A stretch of 14,055 nt of DNA from NCBI RefSeq assembly GCF_006345805.1, contig NW_021825953.1, forward strand, positions 1 to 14,055. Direction: 5' to 3'. The notes beneath the pieces are model-generated. The model saw nothing but the letters and a program-made list of their open reading frames with translations, had not been told where the DNA came from and ran no database searches. This document shows, in pieces, positions 1 to 9,175 of this stretch (its first letter is position 1; each line of letters begins with the position of its first letter). The position numbers were made by a program, and so were the translations under genes. The DNA comes from Octopus sinensis. Lineage: Eukaryota.

Positions 1-145
1 GTGGTAATACCCTGGTCGGTCGTGGCTACTTGAGAATGCCATGTAAGGAGTAAATAAAACTTGAAATAAAGTTGCAATCAAAACTTCTTTTGAACACACA
101 CAGACACACACACACGCATATCTTTTATTCTTTTACGTCTTTCAG

Positions 146-272
146 CCTAAGATCTGTGGCCAAGTCGGGCAGTGTCAGCAGTACCATCGCCTTTCGAATG
201 GCTATGGTTGGCTTTTGGCGAAAGAAGGATTTGATGCTACAACCGAATCCTGAGTTTCTTGCCGTGCTGTAA
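146..272 (+). other. Possible terminal exon behind a 3' splice-site-like signal
   Basis: tcttttattcttttacgtctttcAG (AG 144-145) is followed by complex sequence. It is open in two frames: PKICGQVGQCQQYHRLSNGYGWLLAKEGFDATTES* and LRSVAKSG...EFLAVL*. No homology recognised. Confidence 0.2.
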
Positions 273-284
273 CCCCACCCCACA

Positions 285-286
<2 letters not shown>

Positions 287-322
<36 letters not shown>
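287..322. repeat. (CA)n microsatellite
   Basis: Pure CA run. Confidence 0.95.
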
Positions 323-323
<1 letters not shown>

Positions 324-699
324 CACGCGCATATATATGCACATATATTTAAATAATCAGTACATGATTTAGCTTATGAAACATAGTTCAACAAATCCAT
401 TCATATTTATGTAATGGACGACATTAGATGTTAAAATGGATTATATTTTTCATTTTTCATGTTGCTATACAACTTGTTTCATGCAAAAGGACTCAGAATA
501 GTCAAATTTGTACTCGTTGGTAGCTGGTATAAAAACCAAAAAAGACGTTAGAATAACATAGATTTTCTCTTAGTAATCATATTGTATTAATGGAGAGAGA
601 AAACGAATGTGTGTCGGGATTAACAGTTCAACATATGTATATATATATATATATATATTTATCGCCTGTAACCTATCTTGTTAATTTTATATATATATA

Positions 700-781
700 C
701 TACACATCGCTGGTCACAATGCGCTTCGCATTGCTTTAGCCTTCTAATGACGCCAACCCTGCTGGCTAAGCGAGCAGGCCA
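700..781 (-). mobile_element. 3'-tail fragment of the tRNA-derived SINE family seen at 11789-12085
   Basis: About 90% identical (8 differences in 82 nt by manual alignment) to 11830-11910. Includes the caatgcg-ctt-cgcattg stem-loop. Confidence 0.85.
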
Positions 782-831
782 CTATATATATATAATATAT
801 ATATATATAAATATATATATTATATATAAAT

Positions 832-864
<33 letters not shown>

Positions 865-1096
865 AATATATATATATATAAAACAAGATATTAACAAGTG
901 AAACTATTGGTTTGTAGGTAATCATTTATTTCATTTATATTCATTTGTCTTACTCGTTTTTATTATTTTGGCGTTTTGCTGAGATTTTTCTTGAGAACAC
1001 ATTCTTCGTGGTAATGGCGATTTGACGTCTATGTTTAGCATATTAGGTGTCCACTTTAGTGGTCATTCCTCTTAATTTCGTATATATACAAACACG

Positions 1097-1155
<59 letters not shown>

Positions 1156-1200
1156 GTATATATATATATGAATATGTATATATATGTATGTATATATATC
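782..1200. repeat. Interrupted (TA)n and (CA)n(TA)n microsatellite blocks (782-880, ~1096-1200)
   Basis: Direct reading. Confidence 0.9.
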
Positions 1201-1460
1201 TACCAGTAACTTATTTGGCAGTTTCTCTTGTAGTTCAAGAGAGTTATTATTTACTTTTTATGCAGAAAGTTTCATAGGTCAATTTATGGTGGGGGAGAAT
1301 TTTATATATGTATATTTGAGAATCTCTGAAACCAGATGCACGTGTAGCGTATTATTTCTTCTTGTATTCTTCTCTGACTTGGTTTATTAGGTCTCATGAA
1401 TAGGCTTAGCTGATTAGCGTTTGTTTTATTCTTTAGATCCCTTTATCCTGTGCTTCGTTG

Positions 1461-1482
1461 GAGAGAGAGAGAGAGAGAGAGA
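1461..1482. repeat. (GA)n microsatellite
   Basis: Direct reading. Confidence 0.95.
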
Positions 1483-1650
1483 AAGGGGGAACGGGGGGGG
1501 GTGAGAGAGAATAACTAAATGCCCATTGTAGTTTTATTACCGTCATTTTGTATCTGTATAGACATTGGCTGTCACCAACCAAGTGTATGAGATTATTCGT
1601 GTCGCTGATATAAGCAGAGGTAATATATCTGTGTTTTCTATTTGAACTTT

Positions 1651-1683
1651 TATAATAATATATAATAATATAATAATAATAAT

Positions 1684-1718
<35 letters not shown>

Positions 1719-1882
1719 TAATGTTAATAATAATAATAATAATATATAATCAATAATATAAAATAATAATAATAAAACAACAACAACAACGACAACAGCG
1801 ACAACAACAACCTAATAACAATAATAATAATTAAATAAAAATAATAATAATAATAATAAAAATAATAATAATGATGATGATG

Positions 1883-1914
<32 letters not shown>

Positions 1915-1922
1915 GATGATGA
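1651..1922. repeat. Compound trinucleotide microsatellite (AAT)n-(AAC)n-(AAT)n-(GAT)n
   Basis: Direct reading. It explains the poly-H/Y/L ORF 1724-1933. Confidence 0.95.
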
Positions 1923-2003
1923 ACAAAAACCAAACTATTTTTCTATTGCGAAGTGATATTTTCCTACAGTTCTTGATGGTGAATTTTTGTACGAAATTCT
2001 TAC

Positions 2004-2108
2004 CTAGTGTTCCTCGACGCCTTTGATGAGACCACCATGACGAATAGATCGTTCACGTGCCTAGAATATATCGTACCATATGTCTTGCTTTCATCGAAAC
2101 CGTGGGCT
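2004..2108 (-). other. Candidate 105-nt cassette exon
   Basis: On the minus strand: acceptor tatctttatactatccAG, then 105 nt open in one frame only (AHGFDESKTYGTIYSRHVNDLFVMVVSSKASRNT), then donor AG|GTAAGA at 2003. No recognised homology. Confidence 0.3.
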
Positions 2109-2280
2109 CTGGATAGTATAAAGATACGTCTGTTGTACGGTAGACTTAATAAATTTCCCAGAAGGCAAACTGTTTTCGAATGGAGTCTCAATTTTGATTG
2201 CTTGTGTACATTATTTATAAGAGTTTCTTCTGTTAATATTCTCGAAAGATTGGTGGCAGACCATCGATGTTTATAAAGAA

Positions 2281-2304
2281 GACACACACACACACACACA
2301 CAGC

Positions 2305-2353
<49 letters not shown>

Positions 2354-2492
2354 GCATGTATGTATGTATGAATGTCTATCTATCAATCCATTCAGATACA
2401 AATGCATATATATATAGATATACATGCATACATATATAGACATATAAATATGTACATACATGCATACATACACACATACACATAATTCATAC

Positions 2493-2534
<42 letters not shown>

Positions 2535-2803
2535 GTATGAATATATATACATATATGCACACATATATATGTGTGTCTGCGTATATGAATAGACAATATA
2601 CATCAAAGAGAGGGTATCATAAGCATTCAGATCAACTATAGATTCAATATACATATATTTCCAAATGTACTTCAATGAACTTCCGGTGGAATATTTTCAA
2701 CTTATTAAAATAAATTTCTGCCTGCTCTATTTGCAACAGATGAAAATTTAATTTAAAAACAATACAAACAAAATGGACATGAAGTAAATATATATATATA
2801 TTA

Positions 2804-2841
<38 letters not shown>

Positions 2842-3023
2842 CATCAAATGAACATTTTTCAAATATATACAAAACGAAAGTATTAAAAACAAACAATACC
2901 ATTATCAACCTGACGCTCATATTCTCGAGAAACTCTGTTTGAATTCGTATTTTACGTAAACAGATAAATACGTACACTCATACACCTACACACAAACACC
3001 CACAGAAACACAGGTATAGATGT

Positions 3024-3054
<31 letters not shown>

Positions 3055-3374
3055 GACTCACACACACAGAAACACACAGAGAGGCGTAAACCCCCTAAAA
3101 CACACAACTACACATTATATATGTACATATAAATGAAACATACACTCGGTATATGTACATAACTATATATATATATATATATATAATATATATATATAGA
3201 TTATATATATATGGATATATACACCTATATACTTACACATAGAAAGAGACATACGTATTTATATGTTACGATATTTACACACTATATTTACATATACAAA
3301 CACAAGAGAGCTTCGCTGTGTATATGAAAATATAGTATCGCACATGTACATGATATATATATATATATATATAT

Positions 3375-3405
<31 letters not shown>

Positions 3406-3462
3406 TAGATATACATACACACATATGTGTGTGAGTAAATAGATGTATGTATGTATGTATAT

Positions 3463-3516
<54 letters not shown>

Positions 3517-3719
3517 CATTTTTTCCACGTTATCATTTCATTTCACTTATCAAAAATTCATAGAACCAATCATTCGGTAGTTTGAGATATTTACCGTTTT
3601 TTTTTTGTTATTCCAAGATAGGAAAACTAATTCTATCATGCAGATACTTCGATGAAATATTTACATATAAATCATATGCACACATACACACACACACACA
3701 ACACACACGCACATATATA

Positions 3720-3788
<69 letters not shown>

Positions 3789-3803
3789 TATACCACAGAC
3801 ATA

Positions 3804-3834
<31 letters not shown>

Positions 3835-4025
3835 ATATGTATATATATAATATATATATATATGGTTCATGTTGGGTAAAATTCACGTCTACGAATATCA
3901 CAACTTCACTCATGTGTATATATACATGTTTGTAAAGACATACATACACAAACCCATACACAATCATACAAGACTGAACCACGATTACGTATATACGAAA
4001 CCATGGTCACGCAAACACAATGTGA

Positions 4026-4068
<43 letters not shown>

Positions 4069-4133
4069 TGAGCGTGCGTGCGTGTGTGTGCATACGTAGT
4101 TACAACACACACATACATATATATATACCATAA

Positions 4134-4170
<37 letters not shown>

Positions 4171-4191
4171 TATGTATATTATATATTATAT

Positions 4192-4254
<63 letters not shown>

Positions 4255-4650
4255 GCATATATGTAGGTTTTTGGGTAGCGTGAGTATTTGAAATATCTTA
4301 GTATCGATTTATTTTTTATTTGATATATATGTCTAGCAAATTTATATGTAGTTTATATATATATACTATATATATATATATAATATAAAGATACATAGCA
4401 TAAATGCGTACACATTTATATATATATATATATATATTCATAGCAATACATTCATATGTGCAGTATACACACACATGCACACACATACACACATGCACAC
4501 ATGCACACATACACACGCACATACTATGCATGTACAAAACTCAGTTACACGATATAAAATGATACCTGTAGATATACACTTTTTCTGGACTTGAGTATAA
4601 TCATACATACACACGCGTGTATATACATGCGCATGCATGTATATATATAT

Positions 4651-4684
<34 letters not shown>

Positions 4685-4930
4685 CATATATATAATATAT
4701 ATTGTATATATATATATACATATACATATATATTTATACACACACACACACACATATATATATATCCATATCCGCTTATCTACGCGTAGAACATATTTTA
4801 TATATAAACGACAAAAACGCGCTATGTGGCCGTATATGCACACATACACACACACATACACATTTTATACATACGCTCACAGACGTATACTCTCATACAC
4901 ACACACATATATATGTTTGTATGTGTATCT
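2281..4930. repeat. Region dominated by (CA)n, (TA)n, (TACA)n and (GATA)n simple repeats with short unique spacers
   Basis: Direct reading. All YI/HT/CV-rich ORFs here are repeat translations. Confidence 0.95.
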
Positions 4931-5084
4931 GACTCTTTGTGTGTTTCTACTTAAATATGTGTTTGTATTTCTGTCTGTGCGTGCGGCAGATGGTCTTTAA
5001 ATATATGTTTATGCCTTTGATTTATCATTAGAAGTGGTTTAGTATATTTTTCAATTTTGTAACGAAATCTAACGTTTCTTCTCA

Positions 5085-5234
5085 AATTTTTCATTTCTTC
5101 ATTTTTCATTTTTCTGTCTGGCTTTTTTCTCTCCTTTCTTCTCTCTTCTCCACTTCTTTCTTTTCTTTCTTCTTCTTCTACTTCTTCGTTTATTTATTTT
5201 TCTGACTTTTAACTTTTTTCATTTTTATAAACAG
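5085..5234 (+). promoter_or_regulatory. Long polypyrimidine tract with branch-point-like motif and 3' splice-site-like AG
   Basis: About 140 nt of C/T-rich sequence, CTGAC at 5202-5206, and tttttataaacAG ending at 5234. Confidence 0.35.
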
Positions 5235-5301
5235 ATTCAAGTGGAGCACAACCAACCATTTACAGTATTTCGTGTGGTCAGACCAGGATTTATCGAAATA
5301 T

Positions 5302-5453
5302 GGGCGGAGAAATGGCTGTGTAGCTAAGAAACTTACTTTGCGGCCACGTGATTCTGCGTTCAATCCCATTGCACGGCAACTTGGGTCTTCTGCTACAGAT
5401 TCAGACCATCCAATGCTTCGTCAGGGAGTGTAACAGACGGAAATTTAGTCGTA
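5302..5453 (+). mobile_element. Degraded 5' part of a tRNA/CORE-type SINE (family of 12412-12793)
   Basis: tggctgtgtagctaag (A box), gttcaatccc (B box), then ggcaacttgggtcttctgctacag...cagacggaaa, matching the other copies with deletions. Confidence 0.75.
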
Positions 5454-5509
5454 CACGCATGCACGTGCACACTGCTATATATATATATATATATATAAAT
5501 TAATTTTTA

Positions 5510-6690
5510 CGAGGGGCGTTCAATAAGTAATGCCCCTGACCCACTTCCCATAGCAGTAGAGCAACGAAACTTGGCACAGTTATTAGTCTTTTCCTACATA
5601 GGAACCACCCAGAGTAACGCATTTCTCCCATCGTTTGATGCGGCTCTGGAGACCGTTTTTGTAGAAGAACCCAGCTTCGTCCTCCAACCTCAACGTGACT
5701 TCAGAAATCAAGACTGCATCATCTGGGAAACGCTTTCCTTTCAGAAACAACTTCATGATTGGGAAGAGGTGAAAATCAGAGGGTGCAAGGTCAGGAAAGT
5801 AGGGGGGATGGGGAGGAGTTCATAGCCATACGCCTGTGCTTCTGATCTGGCGACAAGCGAGTTGTGGACCGGAGCGTTGTCCTGCAGGAGAAGGATGCCT
5901 TTGCTGATCTTGCCCCGCCTCTTGATTTTGATAACTTCTCTTAATTTCCTCAAAAGTGAAGCATAATAGGCTCCTGCAATTGTGGTACCCTTTGCCAGGA
6001 AATCTGTCATCACTACTCCGTCCTGGTCCCAGAAGACTGTGAGCATTACCTTGCCAGCGGAGGGCTGCACCCTTGCCTTCTTTGGAGGGGGTGAGTCACG
6101 GTGCTTCCACTGCATTGACTGGGATTTGGTCTCTGGATCATCTGATGGACCCAGGTTTCATCCTGTGTAATCAGTCTTTTGAAAAATTTTGACTCATCTT
6201 CTTGGCACATCTCCAAATTCACCCTCGAGCACTCGACGCGTTCTTGCTTCTGGAAAGGCGTGAGCAACCTGGGAATCCATCTGTCAGACACCTTTTGCAT
6301 ATGCAATGGTCATGAATGATAGTTTCCACAGACCCGGTACTAATCTTGACCTCATTGGCTATTTGGCGAATAATTATGCGTCGATCTTCCAAAATGGCAG
6401 CCTCAACTTGACGGACAGATGCCTCATCAATGGCAGAAGGGGGCGACCAGATCTGGGAGCTGTTTCCACAGAGTTCCGACCATGTTTGAATTCACGATGC
6501 CAGCGTTTTACAAGGTCATATGATGGGGCATCATCACCATAAGTTACTTTCATTTCATCAAAAGTCTCCCGTGGTGTGCGTCCTTTCAAATACAAAAACC
6601 GGATCACTGCTAGACACTCAACAGGCTCCATTTCACACTTGACTCGGTTCAAACACCCGTAAATCAGAAACCACAATTAATTCAGAGCTA
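5510..6690 (-). mobile_element. Mariner (Tc1/mariner, D,D34D) transposon lacking its 5' TIR
   Basis: TA (5508-5509) followed by CGAGGGGCGTTCAATAAGTAATGCC is a mariner-type TIR. Transposase relics follow. No complementary TIR is found after 6690. Confidence 0.95.
5583..6631 (-). pseudogene. Mariner transposase pseudogene (~350 aa, four 1-bp deletions)
   Basis: ATG at 6631 starts MEPVECLAVIRFLYLKG. Motifs: HTH region, PRSGRP, WIPRLLT (WVPHEL motif), ITQDETW, VMLTVFWD, LLQDNAPVH, HPPYFPDLAPSDFHLF. There are 34 residues between the 2nd and 3rd D after frameshift repair. Ends RWEKCVTLGGSYVGKD* with TAA at 5583-5585. Confidence 0.95.
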
Positions 6691-7149
6691 CTTTGTCAAT
6701 GTAGCGTAGTCGACCCAGCAGGTGTCGCCATTGATCGTCTCTGTTCGAAGGTTTTATTTACCTAGTTTCGGTGGAATACATCCACTTGTTTTCAATAATA
6801 GAAATATTAAAATTACTAAGTCTCTCTAAAAGAGATTACGGCAGCGTTACTGGAAATTAATTGTTATCGCCATATTAATATGCTACGCTACATTGACAAA
6901 GGGCAAATACCCTGAAACGCGTCTGTAGCTGTCTGACTAGCAGTGTGAAGCGGCTGACCTCCCTTGTTCGAAGGTTATAATGGACACAGTTTGTGTGTCA
7001 AATAGCTATCTTAAGGCGATGGCCTCATGGAGCTAATCAGCGACAGCTTTTAGTCTTATATCTATAAGACTGCCATATTAATATGGCGATAACAATTAAT
7101 TTCCAGTAACGCTGCCGTAATCTATTTTAGAGAGACTTAGTAATTTTAA

Positions 7150-7158
<9 letters not shown>
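6691..7158. mobile_element. Hammerhead-containing Penelope-like pLTR / retrozyme-like insertion with inverted segment
   Basis: 19-bp perfect inverted repeat 6691-6709/6883-6901. 85-bp inverted repeat 6798-6882/7074-7158 with 1 mismatch. Contains a type I hammerhead. No coding sequence. Confidence 0.7.
6887..6929 (+). ncRNA. Minimal type I hammerhead ribozyme, U3-A8 core variant
   Basis: Stem I gcuaca(6887-92)/uguagc(6924-29). Core UUGACAA(6893-99). Stem II aggg-caaaua-cccu(6900-13). GAAA(6914-17). Palindromic stem III ACGCGU(6917-22). GUC cleavage triplet, with a predicted cut after C6923. Confidence 0.85.
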
Positions 7159-7186
<28 letters not shown>

Positions 7187-7220
7187 GTGTGTGTGTGTGT
7201 GTATCTGTGTGTATGTGTGT

Positions 7221-7498
7221 GAAGGAGCATAGCTCAGTGGTTAGAGCGTCGGCCTTACGATCGTGAAGTTGTGAGCTCGAATCCCGGACCGGGCTGCGTG
7301 TTGTGTTCTTGAGCAAGACACTTTATTTCACGTTGCTCCAGTTCACTCAGCTGTAGAAATGAGTTGTGACGTCACAGGTGCCAAGCTATATCGGCCGTTG
7401 CCTTTCCTTTGGATAACACTGGTGGCGTGGAGAGGGGAAGCCGGTATGCATGGGCGACTGCTGTTCGGATTTGTGTCTGTGTCGTGACCGAAGGGGTC

Positions 7499-7500
<2 letters not shown>
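7221..7500 (+). mobile_element. tRNA-derived CORE-type SINE (3' end uncertain)
   Basis: A box tagctcagtgg (7230-7240), B-box-like gctcgaatcc (7275-7284), and CORE-like gtgttcttgagcaagacactttatttcacgttgctccagttcactcagctgtagaaatgag. Confidence 0.85.
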
Positions 7501-7536
<36 letters not shown>

Positions 7537-7559
7537 ATATATATATATATATATATATT

Positions 7560-8096
7560 TCTTTATATAATAAAACTGAGAATGTGTGTCTGTCTGTCTG
7601 TCTGTGTGTTTCCCTAAAACTTGAGAACTACACAACCAATTTCATTCAAATTTTACACATGCCTTACTTAGGGTCCGGGGAGTGTCATCGGCAAAAAAGA
7701 ATGTTCAATTTCTTGTCTAGAGCGAGCCCATAGCAATATAATATCTTCTCCACTATTTCAGTATTACGTGTTAAAAGTGAAACAGAAACGTTTCTCTATT
7801 TTATGTCAGATATTTTCACTTTAACAGTAAAAATAATAATAACAATTGAATTATATGTAGTAAGTAATAATTAAAATCAAACAATTGATCGAAATTACAA
7901 GAGACGAGCTAACAATTCCAGTCTGTTATATATTTTGAGTATTGTTATCACTAGCGATATCAAGATATAACTTTGTATTCTGTATTTTATGTGTAGATGT
8001 ATATATATAGATGTACATGTAATATGTACACACATATATACACATATATACATGCACTAGCAATATGACCCGGCAACGACGGGTCTTTAATGCTAG
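7560..8096 (+). mobile_element. Non-autonomous Helitron-like element
   Basis: 5' TC...tatataataaaactgagaatgtgtgtctgtctgtctgt start. 3' GC-rich hairpin gacccg-gcaacga-cgggtc (8067-8085) followed by CTAG (8093-8096) and T. No TSD. Confidence 0.6.
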
Positions 8097-8169
8097 TATA
8101 TATATATAGATGTGCGTGTGCCTGTGTGGTGTTGGGTGTGTGTGTATGTGTGTATGTATGCGTGTGTGT

Positions 8170-8232
8170 TCTATTGTGCTTGACAACCAGTGTCGCTATG
8201 ACTTAGTGATCCGGCAATAAGTATCCGACAAA
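8170..8232 (+). mobile_element. Highly degraded internal SINE fragment (family of 12412-12793)
   Basis: gcttgacaacc...acttag.g..cggcaa matches the reverse complement of ~12530-12600. Confidence 0.5.
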
Positions 8233-8434
8233 GGAAACATTGAAATAAAAGTTTCAAGATCGAGTTGTTCGTGTAAATCAGTGCTTCCCAACCATTGTTT
8301 TTGTTTACCTAAGGCCCCTTCTGATTCCTATTTTTCCAAAATGGACCCTCCAAGCCATTCGACGTTTAGAATAATCATATCTTTATAATTAAGTATCATG
8401 AGGTGTTGTATTAAAAAAAAGTGTTAAAATATTT

Positions 8435-8832
8435 TGTGTATTCTTTTCCACTCAAGACACAAGGTCCGAATTTTTTTTGAGGGGGAGAGGGCCAGTCTAT
8501 TAGATCGGCCCCACTACGCAACTCGCACTTAATTTGTCGACCTCGGCGGAATTTGAACTCAGAACGTAAAGACAAGAAATACCCTTAATCTTTTCTCCCG
8601 GCGTGCTAACGATTCTTATTTCTTTATTGCCCACAAGGGACTAAATACAAAGGGGACAAGCAAAGGGATTAAGTCGATTAGAGCGACCCCAGTGCGTAAC
8701 TGGTACTTAATTTATCGACCCCGAAAGGATGGAAAGCAAAGTCGACCTCGGCGGAATTTGAACTCAGAACGTAAAGACAAATGATATACCCCTAAGCATT
8801 TCGCCCGGCGTGCTAACGATTCTGCCAGCTCG
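8435..8832 (-). mobile_element. Dimeric tRNA-derived SINE with Meta/MESC-like central domain
   Basis: Minus strand reads gagctggcagaatcgttagc (head), gttcaaattcc (B box), catcctttcggggtcgataaattaagtaccag (Meta-like), then a second, internally deleted unit. Confidence 0.9.
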
Positions 8833-8850
8833 ACGTGTATTGTAGAAGTA

Positions 8851-9081
8851 CAGTAATGGCTCGATATAGTGTCAATTTGTTCCCGGAGACCGCTCGTAAA
8901 GCGAAAACTCGTAAACAGAAAATAAAACTCGTAAAACTCGACTTGTAAAATCGGTCTTTCGTAAAGCAGGTCCGCGTAATGTGAGGTATTGTGTAATGTG
9001 AGGTATAACTAATTTTGTTGCTGATAAATTTTATATGGACCCCTAAAGTGCCATATGGACCTCTACTTAGAACCATTGCTG
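8851..9081. mobile_element. Tigger/pogo-like MITE with degenerate TIRs and TA TSD
   Basis: TA|cagtaatggctcga at the left end and tagaaccattgctg|TA at the right end (13/16 match including TA). Subterminal CTCGTAAA repeats at 8893, 8908 and 8928. Confidence 0.6.
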
Positions 9082-9089
9082 TAAATCAT

Positions 9090-9155
9090 TTAAGGGGATA
9101 CCCGAGGGTGGACACAGTCTAATGACTAAAAGAAGTAACAGTTAAAAGGTAAAGA
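9090..9155 (+). mobile_element. Degraded SINE 3' tail
   Basis: ggacacagtctaatgactaaaagaagtaa resembles ggccacagtctaatgactgaaacaa at 11585-11609. Confidence 0.55.
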
Positions 9156-9175
9156 AATTCCTTATAACATTTTCC

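Noticed and set aside
1-30. cctggtcggtc matching the SINE tail at 11806-11816
   Set aside because: Only an 11-bp exact match at the window edge. Plausible but not supportable.
1484-1501. G-runs suggesting a G-quadruplex
   Set aside because: Only two G tracts, insufficient for a canonical four-tract G4.
1047-5000. Many ORFs rich in YI/HT/CV/poly-H repeats, plus similar ORFs at 7372-8186 and 10905-11173
   Set aside because: They are translations of (TA)n, (CA)n and trinucleotide microsatellites, which lack stop codons in some frames.
5571-6542. Plus-strand ORFs 5571-5825, 5982-6170 and 6306-6542
   Set aside because: They are antisense shadows of the mariner transposase.
6799-7157. Reading B/B' as TIRs of a TA-flanked MITE
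   Set aside because: Not preferred. It does not explain the interleaved 19-bp repeat, the hammerhead, or the Y'/X complementarity. It is kept as the alternative to test.
7221-7290. tRNA-like cloverleaf heads here and at 12030-12085
   Set aside because: They continue directly into SINE body sequence, and the acceptor stem and B box are degenerate. These are SINE heads, not tRNA genes.
7784-7795. GAAACGTTTC palindrome as a possible hammerhead stem III
   Set aside because: No upstream YUGANRA core or stem II.
8279-8293. CAGTGCTTCCCAACC resembling a hAT/Charlie TIR
   Set aside because: No partner TIR or 8-bp TSD is visible, so it is too short to support a call.
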